In this document: piece after piece, positions 8,737 through 19,055 of the stretch | How the letters are laid out: every line of letters starts with the position of its first letter | Position numbering within the stretch: position 1 is the stretch's first letter | Assembly (NCBI GenBank): GCA_965277805.1 | Contig: OZ255842.1 | Coordinates: 448,001 to 512,000, forward strand | DNA: 64,000 bases | Reading direction: 5' to 3' | Source: Candidatus Lustribacter sp. | GTDB taxonomy: Bacteria > Vulcanimicrobiota > Vulcanimicrobiia > Vulcanimicrobiales > Vulcanimicrobiaceae | Program-made: the position numbers and the translations under genes | Notes under the pieces: model-generated | Seen by the model: the letters and a program-made list of their open reading frames with translations, nothing else | Databases searched by the model: none | What the model was told of the DNA's origin: nothing

Positions 8737-10739
8737 ATGTTCCCACCGCCGACCGCGATGGGGTGCGGGTCATCACGCTCGACAACCCGCCGATCAACGC
8801 GATCTCGTTTGCGTACTCCGCCGCGCTCGTAACGGCGCTCGAGGCGGCGGAACTGGATCCCGGCGTGCACGCGATCGTGTTGACCGGTGCCAACGGGCTC
8901 TTCAGCGGCGGCGCCGACATCAACGATTTCGCAACCGAACCCACGGCCGAGACGAAGACGATTCGCGACGTGATCGCCGGCGTCGAGAAGAGCGCGAAGA
9001 CGTACGTCGCGGCGCTCGAGAAAACCGCGCTCGGCGGCGGCATCGAGCTCGCTCTCGCGTGCGATTACCGCGTCGCGGTCGCCGGCACGAAACTCGGCTT
9101 TCCCGAAATCAAGCTCGGGCTGATTCCTGGCGCAGGCGGAACGCAACGGCTGCCGCGGCTGATCGGCGCGCAAGATGCGCTGCAGATGATGCTCAGGGGC
9201 GATAACATCGATGCCGACGAGGCGCGCAAGAAAGGCCTGCTCGATGCGGTCGTCGCGAGCGATGCGGTCGCCGCGGCGCAGGCGCTGATTGCACGCGTGC
9301 GCGTGACGGCGCCGAAACGCCGCACGTCGGCGCGGCGGACGGAGTTGGGCATCGCGGGCCTGGCGTTATTTGCTACGCCCTTCGTGGTCGCGCAAGCACA
9401 CAAGATGGTGCCGCCGGAAGACCGCGGCGGTTTCGCCGCGCACAAGCTCGTCGATGCGGTCGCGGCATCGATCGAACTCGAATTTCCGCGCGGCCTGGCG
9501 CGCGAATACCGGCTCTTCGACGAACTCGTCCGGTCCGCGCCCTCGGCCGCGCTGCGCCACGTGTTCTTCGCCGAGCGCGAACTCGGCAAGATCCCGGGCA
9601 TGCCGCCGGCCGCGCCGCTGACGATTGCCAGTGCCGGCATCGTCGGTGCCGGAACGATGGGCACCGGCATTGCAATCACGTTCGCGAACGCCGGCATTCC
9701 AACCGTGGTGATCGAGCCCAACGACGAGCAGATCGAACGCGCGAAGCAGATGGTCTTCGGAATGTTCGCGCACCAAGTGCAGCGCGGCCGCATGACGCAA
9801 GAAGAAGCGTGGGAGCGCGGTCAATCGATTCGCTTCGAGAACGACATGGCCGAGCTGGCGCAGGCCGACATCGTGGTCGAGGCCGTGTTCGAAAACATGG
9901 AGGCGAAGAAGGCCGTCTTCGCGCAGCTCGACGCGATCGCGAAGCCGGGTGCGATCCTCGCGAGCAACACCTCGACGCTCGACATCGATGCGCTGGCCGC
10001 GATGACCACGCGTCCGGAACGCGTGCTCGGGCTGCACTTCTTCGTGCCGGCCAACATCATGAAGCTGCTGGAGATCGTGCGCGGCAAAGGCACCTCGCCC
10101 GAAACGCTGGCCACCGCGATCGCGCTTGGGAAGACGCTGCGCAAACTGGGCGTCGTGTCGGCGAACGCGTTCGGCTTCATCGGGAACCGGATGCTCTTCG
10201 ATTATGCGCGCGCGGCGATCGGTTTGGCCGAAGAGGGCGTTGCGCCCGAGCGCATAGATCGCGTGATGAAAGAGTTCGGCATGGCGATGGGTCCGTTTGC
10301 GATGTTCGATCTCTCCGGCCTCGACGTGTTCTGGCACATCGAGCAAGGGAATCCGGAGGTGCGAAGCCGCTCGGCGATCGTCGACCGCCTCTATCGCGAG
10401 AACCGCCTCGGTCAGAAGACGGGCGCCGGCATCTACCGTTACGAGAAGGGCAGCCGCGAACCGATCCCCGATCCGGTGACGCTAGAGCTCTTTCGCGAGG
10501 AAGCGGCAAAGGCGGGCATCGCGCCCCAGCCCGACGTGAGCGATGCCGAGATCGTGCAGCGTCTCACCGGCGCGCTGATCGCGGTGGGCGAAGAGCTCGT
10601 GCGCACCGGCGTTGCGCTGCGGCCGGGTGACATCGACATCGTCTACGTCTACGGTTACGGCTTCCCGCCCCACCGCGGGGGCCCAATGTGGTACTCTTCC
10701 GCTGCCCCTCGACAAGCTCGGGTGACAAGGGGTGACTGA
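8733..10739 (+). CDS. Enoyl-CoA hydratase / 3-hydroxyacyl-CoA dehydrogenase (FadB/FadJ-like)
   Basis: '[11 protein letters not shown]', '[14 protein letters not shown]', 'GAGTMGTGI', 'ASNTSTL', 'GLHFF'. Confidence 0.94.
   Translation: MNVPTADRDGVRVITLDNPPINAISFAYSAALVTALEAAELDPGVHAIVLTGANGLFSGGADINDFATEPTAETKTIRDVIAGVEKSAKTYVAALEKTALGGGIELALACDYRVAVAGTKLGFPEIKLGLIPGAGGTQRLPRLIGAQDALQMMLRGDNIDADEARKKGLLDAVVASDAVAAAQALIARVRVTAPKRRTSARRTELGIAGLALFATPFVVAQAHKMVPPEDRGGFAAHKLVDAVAASIELEFPRGLAREYRLFDELVRSAPSAALRHVFFAERELGKIPGMPPAAPLTIASAGIVGAGTMGTGIAITFANAGIPTVVIEPNDEQIERAKQMVFGMFAHQVQRGRMTQEEAWERGQSIRFENDMAELAQADIVVEAVFENMEAKKAVFAQLDAIAKPGAILASNTSTLDIDALAAMTTRPERVLGLHFFVPANIMKLLEIVRGKGTSPETLATAIALGKTLRKLGVVSANAFGFIGNRMLFDYARAAIGLAEEGVAPERIDRVMKEFGMAMGPFAMFDLSGLDVFWHIEQGNPEVRSRSAIVDRLYRENRLGQKTGAGIYRYEKGSREPIPDPVTLELFREEAAKAGIAPQPDVSDAEIVQRLTGALIAVGEELVRTGVALRPGDIDIVYVYGYGFPPHRGGPMWYSSAAPRQARVTRGD
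10705..10727. repeat. Half copy of TGACA-ended repeat inside the 3' end of the FadB-like gene
   Basis: cccctcgacaagctcgggtgaca, followed by a second gggtgac. Confidence 0.7.
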
Positions 10740-11913
10740 GGCCGTGATCGTTTCGACGGCACGGACGCCGATCGGGCGCGCGTTTCGCGGGGCGTTCAAT
10801 CAGACGCACGGTGCAACGCTGGCCGGACATGCCATCGCACACGCGGTCGAACGCGCGGGCGTCGAACCGGCGGAGGTCGACGACGTGATTCTCGGCGTCG
10901 GCTTACCGGAAGGCGCGACCGGCAACAATCTCGGACGCGTTGCGGCGCTGCGCGCCGGTTTGCCGGTGAGTGTTCCCGGCGTGACGATCAACCGTTACTG
11001 CGCCTCCGGACTGCAGTCGATCGCAACGGCGGCCGGACGCATTCTTGCCGACGGCGCGAAGATCGTCGTTGCGGGCGGCTGCGAGTCGATCTCGATGGTG
11101 CAGAACGTCATGAACGTGCACCACTTCACCGAGGAGTGGACGCTGCGGCACGAGCCCGATCTCTACATGCCGATGCTGCAAACGGCCGACGCGGTCGCGA
11201 AGCACTACAAGATCTCACGTGAGGCGCAGGACGAGTACGCGTTGCAGAGTCAGCAGCGCACCGCGGCTGCGCAAGCGGCCGGGCGATTCGATGCCGAGAT
11301 CGTTCCGCTTACGACGTGGAAGTACGTCGAGCACAAAGCGGATGGATCGTTCAGCGAAGAGCTCGTCACGCTCCGGAACGATGAAGGCAATCGCGCCGAC
11401 ACGACGGCGGCCGGTCTCGCCGCGCTCAAAGGCGTGCTCGATGCGAAGTCGACGGTCACGGCGGGCAACTCATCGCAGCTCTCCGACGGGGCCGGAGCCG
11501 TCGTGGTCATGGACGCGCGCGAAGCCGCCCGCCGTAACCTGCAGCCGCTGGGGATCTACCGCGGCCTCGTGGTCTCGGGCTGCGAGCCGGGCGAGATGGG
11601 CATCGGACCTGTCTTCGCTATTCCCAAGTTGCTACAACGCCACGGCCTGAGCGTCGACGACATCGGTCTCTGGGAGCTGAACGAGGCCTTCGCGGTGCAA
11701 ACCGTGTACTGCCGCGACGCGCTGGGCCTGCCAAACGAGCGCTTTAACGTTGACGGGGGTGCGATTTCCGTCGGACACCCGTATGGGCTCAGCGGCACCC
11801 GCATGACGATGCACGCGCTGCTCGAGGGCAAGCGGCGCAACGTCAAATACGTCGTCGTCACGATGTGCATCGGGGGCGGCATGGGCGCCGCGGGGCTCTT
11901 CGAGGTGGCGTGA
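10732..11913 (+). CDS. Acetyl-CoA C-acyltransferase (thiolase)
   Basis: '[10 protein letters not shown]', 'ELNEAFA', 'GHPYG', 'CIGGGMG'. Confidence 0.96.
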   Translation: MTEAVIVSTARTPIGRAFRGAFNQTHGATLAGHAIAHAVERAGVEPAEVDDVILGVGLPEGATGNNLGRVAALRAGLPVSVPGVTINRYCASGLQSIATAAGRILADGAKIVVAGGCESISMVQNVMNVHHFTEEWTLRHEPDLYMPMLQTADAVAKHYKISREAQDEYALQSQQRTAAAQAAGRFDAEIVPLTTWKYVEHKADGSFSEELVTLRNDEGNRADTTAAGLAALKGVLDAKSTVTAGNSSQLSDGAGAVVVMDAREAARRNLQPLGIYRGLVVSGCEPGEMGIGPVFAIPKLLQRHGLSVDDIGLWELNEAFAVQTVYCRDALGLPNERFNVDGGAISVGHPYGLSGTRMTMHALLEGKRRNVKYVVVTMCIGGGMGAAGLFEVA

Positions 11914-11955
11914 GGCAGGGAGGGTGCGTGCTAAAGGGCGTGGCATTTTGGCTGG

Positions 11956-12438
11956 GTGAGCGTTCACCAGATATCATTCGAACTCAACGGTAAGACCGTC
12001 GAGCGGTCCGTCACTCCCGAGACCCTCGTGGCCGACATGCTGCGCGACGACATCGGCCTGACCGGTACCAAGATCGGCTGCAGCATCGGCGTGTGCGGCG
12101 CCTGTAGCATCCTCGTCGACAACACGTTGATGTCGGGTTGCTTGCTGCTGGCCATCATGGTCGACGGCAAATCGGTGACGACGATCGAGGGCATCGCGCC
12201 GTCGGAAACCGAGCTCTCGCCGCTGCAGGATGCGTTCATCCGCAAGGGCGGCTTCCAGTGCGGCATCTGCACGTCGGGGCAGATCATCGCCGCGACCGCG
12301 CTGCTCGCGCAGAACGCGAAACCGAATCGCGAAGAAATCAAGGAGTGGATGATGGGTAACCTCTGCCGCTGCACCGGTTACTACAAGATCATCGATTCGA
12401 TCGAAGACGCCGCCGGGATCGTTCATGAAAACGTTTGA
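11956..12438 (+). CDS. Mo-hydroxylase 2x[2Fe-2S] subunit (CoxS-like)
   Basis: GCSIGVCGAC, QCGICTSG, GNLCRCTGY. Confidence 0.93.
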   Translation: MSVHQISFELNGKTVERSVTPETLVADMLRDDIGLTGTKIGCSIGVCGACSILVDNTLMSGCLLLAIMVDGKSVTTIEGIAPSETELSPLQDAFIRKGGFQCGICTSGQIIAATALLAQNAKPNREEIKEWMMGNLCRCTGYYKIIDSIEDAAGIVHENV

Positions 12439-13294
12439 TTACAGCGCGGCCGCTTCGATCGACGAAGCGCTCGCAGCACTCCAAGAACACGGCGACGACG
12501 TCGAGTTCATCGCCGGCGGCACCTCGCTCGTGCTGATGATGCAGCAGGGCCTCGTGCAGCCCTCCAAAGTCGTCGGCCTCGGCCAGATCAAAGAACTGCG
12601 CGGCATCAAGCGCACGGCCAACGGCGGACTCGAAGTGGGCGCGATGACGACGCACCGCCAGCTCGAGACCTCACCCGAAGCATTCGCCTACGCGGCGGCC
12701 TTGCCGCAGTCGCTCGGCGTCATCGCGACGATTCGCGTGCGCAATCAAGCCACGCTCGGCGGCAACCTCGTCCACGCGGATCCCGCGCAGGATCCGCCGC
12801 CCGTGTTGATCGCGCTCGACTCGATCGTCGACGTCGTGAGTGCCGGCGGCGGCGCGCGTGCGATTGCGATGGAAGAGTTCTTCACCGATTTCTTCGAGAC
12901 GCAGCTTGGGGAAAACGAACTGGTCCGCTCGGTGAAGATTCCGCCGATGCCGGCCGGCTCGCGCCTGGCCTACAAGAAGTTCTTGCCGCGCACCGAGGAC
13001 GACTACGCGACCGTTTCGGTTGCCGTACGCCTCGGCGTCGATCCGGATGGAACGTGTAAGGATATCCGCATCGGTCTCGGCGCGCTCGCGGTGACGCCGC
13101 TGCGCGCAAAGGCCGTCGAGCAGGCGCTGCTCGGCCAGAAGCTGACGGAAAAGTCGATTAAGGAAGCTGCCGCTCTCGTGCGCGATGAAGTCGACCCCCT
13201 CGACGACGTGCGCGGTTCGGCCAAATACAAGCGCGAGATGGCGCGTGTCTGGACGGAGAGAACGATCGCCCTGTTGGCGAAGCCCGTTGCATGA
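12425..13294 (+). CDS. Mo-hydroxylase FAD subunit (CoxM-like)
   Basis: 'IAGGTSL', 'RVRNQATLGGNL', 'DPAQD'. Confidence 0.92.
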   Translation: MKTFDYSAAASIDEALAALQEHGDDVEFIAGGTSLVLMMQQGLVQPSKVVGLGQIKELRGIKRTANGGLEVGAMTTHRQLETSPEAFAYAAALPQSLGVIATIRVRNQATLGGNLVHADPAQDPPPVLIALDSIVDVVSAGGGARAIAMEEFFTDFFETQLGENELVRSVKIPPMPAGSRLAYKKFLPRTEDDYATVSVAVRLGVDPDGTCKDIRIGLGALAVTPLRAKAVEQALLGQKLTEKSIKEAAALVRDEVDPLDDVRGSAKYKREMARVWTERTIALLAKPVA

Positions 13295-13746
13295 AGTTTG
13301 AGCAGACCATTGACCTCCCGGGGGCGAGCCCCGATCGCGTCTGGGACTTTGTCATGGACGTGCCGTCGATGGCAAAGTGCATTCCCGGCTGCAGCGGGGT
13401 CGAAGACCTCGGCAACAATCACTACAAAGCAACCGTGAAGATTAAGGTGGGCCCGATCGGGCTCTCGTTGGCGAGCGAAATTTCGATCGTCGAGAAAAAC
13501 GAAGCCGATCGCACCGCGTCGCTGCTCGTGGAAGCGGCCGACAAACGGGTCGGCGGCGCGGTCAAGGCCACGATGGCGATGAAGCTCACCCCCGCGGGCG
13601 ACGGCTCGAAGCTCGAAGTGACCACCGATGCCAACGTGATGGGCCGTATCGGCGATTTCGGTCAGCCGATCATTCGCAAGAAAGCAGATCAAACGCTCCA
13701 AGAGGTCGCCGAGAACCTGCGAAAGGCACTCGCAACGCCGGTATGA
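13291..13746 (+). CDS. CoxG/SRPBCC family protein
   Basis: 'VWDFVMD...CIPG', 'KVGPI', 'GRIGDFGQ'. Confidence 0.88.
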   Translation: MKFEQTIDLPGASPDRVWDFVMDVPSMAKCIPGCSGVEDLGNNHYKATVKIKVGPIGLSLASEISIVEKNEADRTASLLVEAADKRVGGAVKATMAMKLTPAGDGSKLEVTTDANVMGRIGDFGQPIIRKKADQTLQEVAENLRKALATPV

Positions 13747-15938
13747 CGACGATCGTTGCACCGCGTCAAGCCGGCGCGGTCCTCGGTTCCGACGAGATCC
13801 GGGTTGAAGGGCGCGACAAAGTCAGCGGCAAGCAGAAGTACACGGCCGACGTGCAGCTGCCCAACATGCTGTGGGCGGCATTTACGACCAGCCCGCTGGC
13901 GCACGCGCGCATCATCAGCATCGACACGAGCGAAGCGAAGCGCGTGCCGGGCGTGCATGCGGTCTTGACGTCGGCCGATATCGGTCCCAACAAGCGTTCG
14001 GGCCGCATGCTCTACGATTTGCCGGTCCTGGCCTACGACACCGTGCGCATGATCGGCGATCGCGTCGCGGCCGTCGCCGCCGAAACACGCGAAGCCGCCG
14101 AGGAAGCGGCGCGGCTGGTGCAGGTCGAGTACGAAGAACTGCCGGTGCTGCTCGATCCGTTTGCGGCGCTTGCGCCCGACGCGCCGGTGCTGCACCCCGA
14201 CGTCGACAGCTACTTCTTCGCCGGCAAGGCGCAGCCCAAACGCAAGCACCCGAACGTGCAAGGCTGCCAACTGATCACCAAGGGTGAAACCGACCTCGAG
14301 CCGATCTTCGCACGCGCGCACCGCGTCTTCGAGCATAAGTTCGAGACGCCGCGCCAGCATGCCGGGTACATCGAGCCGCACGCCGGGATGGTGTGGATCG
14401 ACGATCAGGACGTCGTTCACGTCTATACCGTCAACAAGCAGCCGTTCTCGGTGCAGCAGTGGATGGCGAACACGCTCGGCCTGCCGCTCGAGAAGATCGC
14501 GGTCGAGCCGATCGGCATCGGCGGCGATTTCGGCGGCAAGGGCCTCACGACCGACGAGTACGCGTGCTACTATCTCGCGCGCGCGACGGGCCGCCCGGTG
14601 AAGCACGTCTACACCTATGTCGAGGAACTGCAGGCGAGTTCGACGCGCCATAAAGCATACATCATGCTCAAGACCGCGGTCGACGAACACGGCAAGTTCC
14701 TCGCGCACGCTTCGGAAGTGATCTACGACGGCGGCGCGTACGCGGCGGGTAAGCCGACGCCGTTCCTCGTGCCCGGCGGCGGCTACGCGACGGTCGGGTA
14801 TCAGATTCCGAATGTGCGGCTCGACGTGAGTTGCGTGTACACCAACACGATCGTCGGCGCGCACGTCCGCTCGCCCGCCGACGTCCAGTGTTTCTTCGCC
14901 TGGGAGCAGCACGTCGATATCATCGCGCATGAACTCGGCATCGACCCGCTCGAGCTGCGCATGCTCAACGTCGTGCGGGAGGGCGAGTCCGCCGTGACCG
15001 GTGAGCACCTGCACAACCCGCAGGGCTATGCCGTGCTGGAGGTGCTCAAGCGCGAACTCGAGGCGCACCCGGCCAAGGACGGCAGTGCGTGGGGCATTGC
15101 ACTGATTTGCCGGCACACCGGCGGCGGAAAAACCGCCGTCGATGCGACGCTCTTTCCCGATGGACACATCGAGATCATGATCGGCGTTCCCGATCAGGGT
15201 TCCGGCGCGTTCACGGTGGCGCAGCGCGTGTTCGCGGCGACGTTCGGGTGCGAGCTCGACCGGGTGACGGTGCGCCAAGGCTCGACGCTCAAAGCGAAAC
15301 GCGATCCCGGATCGGGTGGAAGCCGCGTCACCTACATCGTCGGCAACGCGACGCGCATTGCCGCCGAAGCATTGCTCACCGAGCTCAAGCGCCGCGACGG
15401 CGCGCCGGTCGATGCGCCGATCCACGTCGTCGGCGAGTTCGACGGAACCCAGCACGATGAAGCACATCCGGCCGACTATAGCTTCACCGGGTTCGGCTTC
15501 GATCTGCGCGTCGATCGCGACACCGGCGCACTCGATATCCGCGACGTGCTGTTGGTGTGCGACGTCGGCAAGATCATCAACCCGGTCGCGCATCAAGGCC
15601 AGATCGACGGCGGCTTCATCTACGGCATCGGCAGCGCGACGATGGAAGAGATGCCGGTCGACGAGAGCGGCAAGCTCACCTCGCTTAGTCTCGGCGATTA
15701 CAAGCTGCCCTCGATGCGCGACATCCCGCCGCTGCGGACGGTGTTAGTCGAGTCTCCGACGGCCGGCGGCCCGTACGGATCGAAGATGGCCGGCGAGATG
15801 ACCAACAGTGGCGTCGCGCCCGCGATCGTCAATGCGATCTTCAACAACGCCGGCGTGCGAATCGATGAGTTTCCGGTGACCGCGGAGCGCGTGTTCGACG
15901 CGCTCCAGCAGCACGCTACGACGAACTCGCGACCGTAG
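13743..15938 (+). CDS. Xanthine dehydrogenase family molybdopterin-binding subunit
   Basis: 'IGGDFGGK', 'DQGSG', 'GQIDGG', 'GSKMAGE'; active-site loop AHVRSPA. Confidence 0.92.
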   Translation: MTTIVAPRQAGAVLGSDEIRVEGRDKVSGKQKYTADVQLPNMLWAAFTTSPLAHARIISIDTSEAKRVPGVHAVLTSADIGPNKRSGRMLYDLPVLAYDTVRMIGDRVAAVAAETREAAEEAARLVQVEYEELPVLLDPFAALAPDAPVLHPDVDSYFFAGKAQPKRKHPNVQGCQLITKGETDLEPIFARAHRVFEHKFETPRQHAGYIEPHAGMVWIDDQDVVHVYTVNKQPFSVQQWMANTLGLPLEKIAVEPIGIGGDFGGKGLTTDEYACYYLARATGRPVKHVYTYVEELQASSTRHKAYIMLKTAVDEHGKFLAHASEVIYDGGAYAAGKPTPFLVPGGGYATVGYQIPNVRLDVSCVYTNTIVGAHVRSPADVQCFFAWEQHVDIIAHELGIDPLELRMLNVVREGESAVTGEHLHNPQGYAVLEVLKRELEAHPAKDGSAWGIALICRHTGGGKTAVDATLFPDGHIEIMIGVPDQGSGAFTVAQRVFAATFGCELDRVTVRQGSTLKAKRDPGSGGSRVTYIVGNATRIAAEALLTELKRRDGAPVDAPIHVVGEFDGTQHDEAHPADYSFTGFGFDLRVDRDTGALDIRDVLLVCDVGKIINPVAHQGQIDGGFIYGIGSATMEEMPVDESGKLTSLSLGDYKLPSMRDIPPLRTVLVESPTAGGPYGSKMAGEMTNSGVAPAIVNAIFNNAGVRIDEFPVTAERVFDALQQHATTNSRP

Positions 15939-17010
15939 CCGCCTTGAGCAGATAGTGGTCGACGGCGGCGTCGGCCGATTTTGAGACGGCAGCTTGCCAG
16001 GTGCTGCCGTAGCCGCGAAGGCCGTTTCCGGGTGCCAAGAACTTCTGCGCGCTGCAGCTATAGAGCGAGACGTTGAGCAGCGCGTTCACGCTATTGATGT
16101 AGTTGTTATATTCCTGGCCCTTCTGCGCGACGGCCGACACGGAACCGAACACGAGATAAGACGCCCCGGTGTCGGCGCAGAGTTCGGGACTCGGAAGCCG
16201 GTGCGCGGTCGAAAGCGGATCGCCCTCCGCAACGGTTTGGCCCCGCCGTTTCAGTGAGGCCTCGATTGCGGTGACGGTGTAGTCACGCACGGCCGGCGGC
16301 ACGTCTTTGGCGACGAAGTTCAGCACCACGAAGCGGCTCGGCCGGCTGGCCGCGGCGTACACTTTCGGCGGTGCGGTTGGTTTCGATGAGAAGCCGTAGG
16401 CTTCGTTGGGCAGTCTCTGGGGCGGCCCGTCGGCGCCCGGTTGGGCACTCCCGCCGCGCGATGCCGAACTCGTGACCTTCTTGGGAGCTTCGGTCGGCTT
16501 CGCCACGGGTCTCGGGGGCGGCGGATTGAGCACGGTTTCGTATCCGCGCGTGAGGTATTGCGTGACCGCGGTCTTCACCGCCGGCGCCTGCAGGATGACA
16601 TCGTCGGACGCCGCCAGATACGCGGTCGTCGACCATACGACGGTGCCGCTGCGCGCACTGACGATTTGTTCGATCAGCGGGACCGTACTCTGCGTCGGCG
16701 GCGAGAACGAGCCCATGAAATAATAATCGGCGCCTGCGGCTTTCGCCGTGCGCAAGTAATCCGCGGGGACGGTGGCGGGATCGGCCATCACGACGTTCAC
16801 GCCGCCGAGATTCTTGAGCGCCGCACCGAGCTGGTTCGCATATCCGATGCCGGCGGCCGGGTCCATGCCCTGCGACGGACGGTACGGAAAGATGACGAGC
16901 GTCGGCGTTGGGAAGAAGTTCACCGTACCTGCGCCCAAGAGCGCGACGGCCAATGCCGCGCAGAAAACGGCAACGAGCGAACGCGTCGTCAGGCGGAGGG
17001 AAACGAGCAT
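15916..17010 (-). CDS. Hypothetical secreted protein with two similar alpha/beta domains
   Basis: Signal peptide; two repeats ending GADYYFMGS and GASYLVFGS joined by a Pro-rich linker. Confidence 0.7.
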   Translation of the reverse strand: MLVSLRLTTRSLVAVFCAALAVALLGAGTVNFFPTPTLVIFPYRPSQGMDPAAGIGYANQLGAALKNLGGVNVVMADPATVPADYLRTAKAAGADYYFMGSFSPPTQSTVPLIEQIVSARSGTVVWSTTAYLAASDDVILQAPAVKTAVTQYLTRGYETVLNPPPPRPVAKPTEAPKKVTSSASRGGSAQPGADGPPQRLPNEAYGFSSKPTAPPKVYAAASRPSRFVVLNFVAKDVPPAVRDYTVTAIEASLKRRGQTVAEGDPLSTAHRLPSPELCADTGASYLVFGSVSAVAQKGQEYNNYINSVNALLNVSLYSCSAQKFLAPGNGLRGYGSTWQAAVSKSADAAVDHYLLKAATVASSS

Positions 17011-17046
17011 CTCCGGAGGTTCGCGAGCCGGGCGGAAATCCTTACG

Positions 17047-18045
17047 TCAATTGCGGGACGGTTGCTTGACCCGTTCCAACACGGTTTCGGCGCCGTGCAC
17101 GGCACCGTCGGGCCACACCCGCACGAAACGGTAAAGCCCGAAGTTGACGTCGAGGTAGTCGCCCGGACGCGGCAAGCGATCGACGAACAGCTGCAGCGTC
17201 GGACGCCGGTCGGCTTCGATGTCGCTCTCCCACGTTCGTTCGGCGGGCGTTGCGGCGATGCGTGCGCGCACTTCCAGCGAACCGCTGCGCACGTTGGTGT
17301 AGATGCGCGGTTCGAACGCCACGAGTTCCGGCAACGCGTCGGCGATCGTGCGGTAGCGATAGCCGATCGGATCGACGGCGTTTTCGAGAACGTCGCTCAT
17401 CAGCTCGCGCAGCGCGCAATTCTGCGAGATCCATTCTTCCGCGCTGTCGGGTTCCGGCGTCGCTAGGGTGACCGCGCCGCCGTCGCCCGCGTTGACCGCG
17501 ATCCCGAGATCGGCGGCCAATTCGAGCACGCCGCTTTCGCGCAATCGGTCGGCCGTCGCCGCCGTAAGCGCCACGCGCGCGCCGGTGACGGTCGGATAGC
17601 CTTCGTCCAGTGCGGTAGTGCCGAAGTCGACGGCCGTTACGGTCCCGCTGAGCAGCAAGCGCTCAGCAAGGTCGGCGTCGTCGGCCAGCGCCGGCGGATG
17701 GGCGGGCGGGGCGGGCGCCGATGCGTCGACCGCATCGTCATCGCACGGGTCGGCGAGGCCGAAACGGTCGGCGGTGAACAGCACGTCGAAGGCATGACCG
17801 AGATGACGGTGACACGCCCCGAGCGCGTAGGAAAGGTCGTCTTCGACGCCGCTGCCGACCTGCAGATAATAGGTGATCAGTTGCTCGCACGGCTCGCCGT
17901 CGAAGCGCAGAAACGGGCACACGACCGCGACGGTCGGCGCGACCTGGGCGAAGCGGATCGTATCGAGTTCGCCGACGATGCCGGGTTCCAGATTCGCGAT
18001 CAGCTTCGCGCGCCAGCGATCGAAGAACGGCTGATCTATCATCAT
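17047..18045 (-). CDS. Hypothetical protein
   Basis: Long ORF with normal composition; ATG ATG at 18045/18042 avoids overlap with the divergent RidA gene. Confidence 0.65.
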   Translation of the reverse strand: MMIDQPFFDRWRAKLIANLEPGIVGELDTIRFAQVAPTVAVVCPFLRFDGEPCEQLITYYLQVGSGVEDDLSYALGACHRHLGHAFDVLFTADRFGLADPCDDDAVDASAPAPPAHPPALADDADLAERLLLSGTVTAVDFGTTALDEGYPTVTGARVALTAATADRLRESGVLELAADLGIAVNAGDGGAVTLATPEPDSAEEWISQNCALRELMSDVLENAVDPIGYRYRTIADALPELVAFEPRIYTNVRSGSLEVRARIAATPAERTWESDIEADRRPTLQLFVDRLPRPGDYLDVNFGLYRFVRVWPDGAVHGAETVLERVKQPSRN

Positions 18046-18105
18046 GGACTGTTCTTTGTCGTGCCGCGGCATGAACGCCTGGCCCGGACTCGGAAGAGCC
18101 TGCCG

Positions 18106-18505
18106 ATGAAGGAGATCATCACCTCCCCGAACGCGCCGGTCACCGGTTTTCACCGATGCCTCGAAGCCGGCCCCGATCGCGCAGGCGATTCGCGCCGGCA
18201 ACTTGCTCTTCGTTTCGGGGCAAGGCCCCCTCAACGCGCAGCGCGAGGTGGTCTCGGCCGAGATCGGCGCGCAGACGCGTCAGACCCTCGAAAATCTGCG
18301 CGCGATCTTGGCCCACGCGGGGGCAAGCTTCGCCAACGTCGTCAACATGCGCGTCTGTTTGCGCGACGTCGCGGACTTTCCGAAGTTCAACGAAGCCTTC
18401 GGCGAAGTGATGGCGGGCGAGAAGGTCACGCGCACGTGCATCGGCGGAACGCCGCATCGCACCGGCGTCAACGTCGAGATCGACTGCATCGCAGTTCTGG
18501 ATTAG
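18106..18505 (+). pseudogene. RidA/YjgF family protein (2-aminomuconate deaminase-like), frameshifted
   Basis: MKEIITSPNAPVTGF in one frame, then PIAQAIRAGNLLFVSGQGP...QTLENL...VEIDCIA in another; extra T in tttt 18147-18150. Confidence 0.8.
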
Positions 18506-18515
18506 GAGTGTTGCT

Positions 18516-19046
18516 ATGATGAAGATGCCGCCGGCGTTCAAGATGCCGTTGATCGATCTCAAAGAAGTCGCGGCCGAGCTCGCGCGCACCGGCCGCCGCG
18601 TGCACGTGCTCTGGCAAGAGGACGAGACGCTGGCGTTCGTGGCTCGCGGCCGCGAGTACCGCAGCGAGTTCCATATCAACCCGGCCGACGAAGTGATGTA
18701 CATGCTGCGCGGCGAGATGCGCCTGCACTACCGCACTTCGGAAGGCAAGGAGGACGTCGCCGTGCTGACCGAGGGTTCGATCATCTACACCCCGAGCGGA
18801 ATTCCGCATTCGCCGCGCTTCCCGCCTGACGCGTTCGCCCTGATCATCGAGCGCAAGCGCGCGGGCGGGGAGATCGACACGTTCCAATGGTACTGTCCGT
18901 CGTGCGATGGGTTGCTGCACGAAGAACGCTTTGAGGTCAGCGACTACGCACTCGATCCGGTCTCGAAAGCCTACGCGACGTTTTTCGATAGTGAACCGAA
19001 CCGCACGTGCACGGCCTGCGGCTCCGTGATGCCCGACCCTCGTTAA
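18516..19046 (+). CDS. 3-hydroxyanthranilate 3,4-dioxygenase-like cupin
   Basis: H-x5-E (FHINPADE), PHSP, IIERKR, rubredoxin-like WYCPSC...CTACG. Confidence 0.85.
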   Translation: MMKMPPAFKMPLIDLKEVAAELARTGRRVHVLWQEDETLAFVARGREYRSEFHINPADEVMYMLRGEMRLHYRTSEGKEDVAVLTEGSIIYTPSGIPHSPRFPPDAFALIIERKRAGGEIDTFQWYCPSCDGLLHEERFEVSDYALDPVSKAYATFFDSEPNRTCTACGSVMPDPR

Positions 19047-19055
19047 GGAGGAATT

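Noticed and set aside
13689-15596. Long antisense ORFs (also 18468-20390, 40201-41793, 45809-47851, 62112-63932)
   Set aside because: Shadow frames of high-GC genes with no family motifs
13743-15938. Aerobic CO dehydrogenase (coxL) call for cluster 1
   Set aside because: Lacks AYxCSFR and AYRGAGR; no coxDEF nearby
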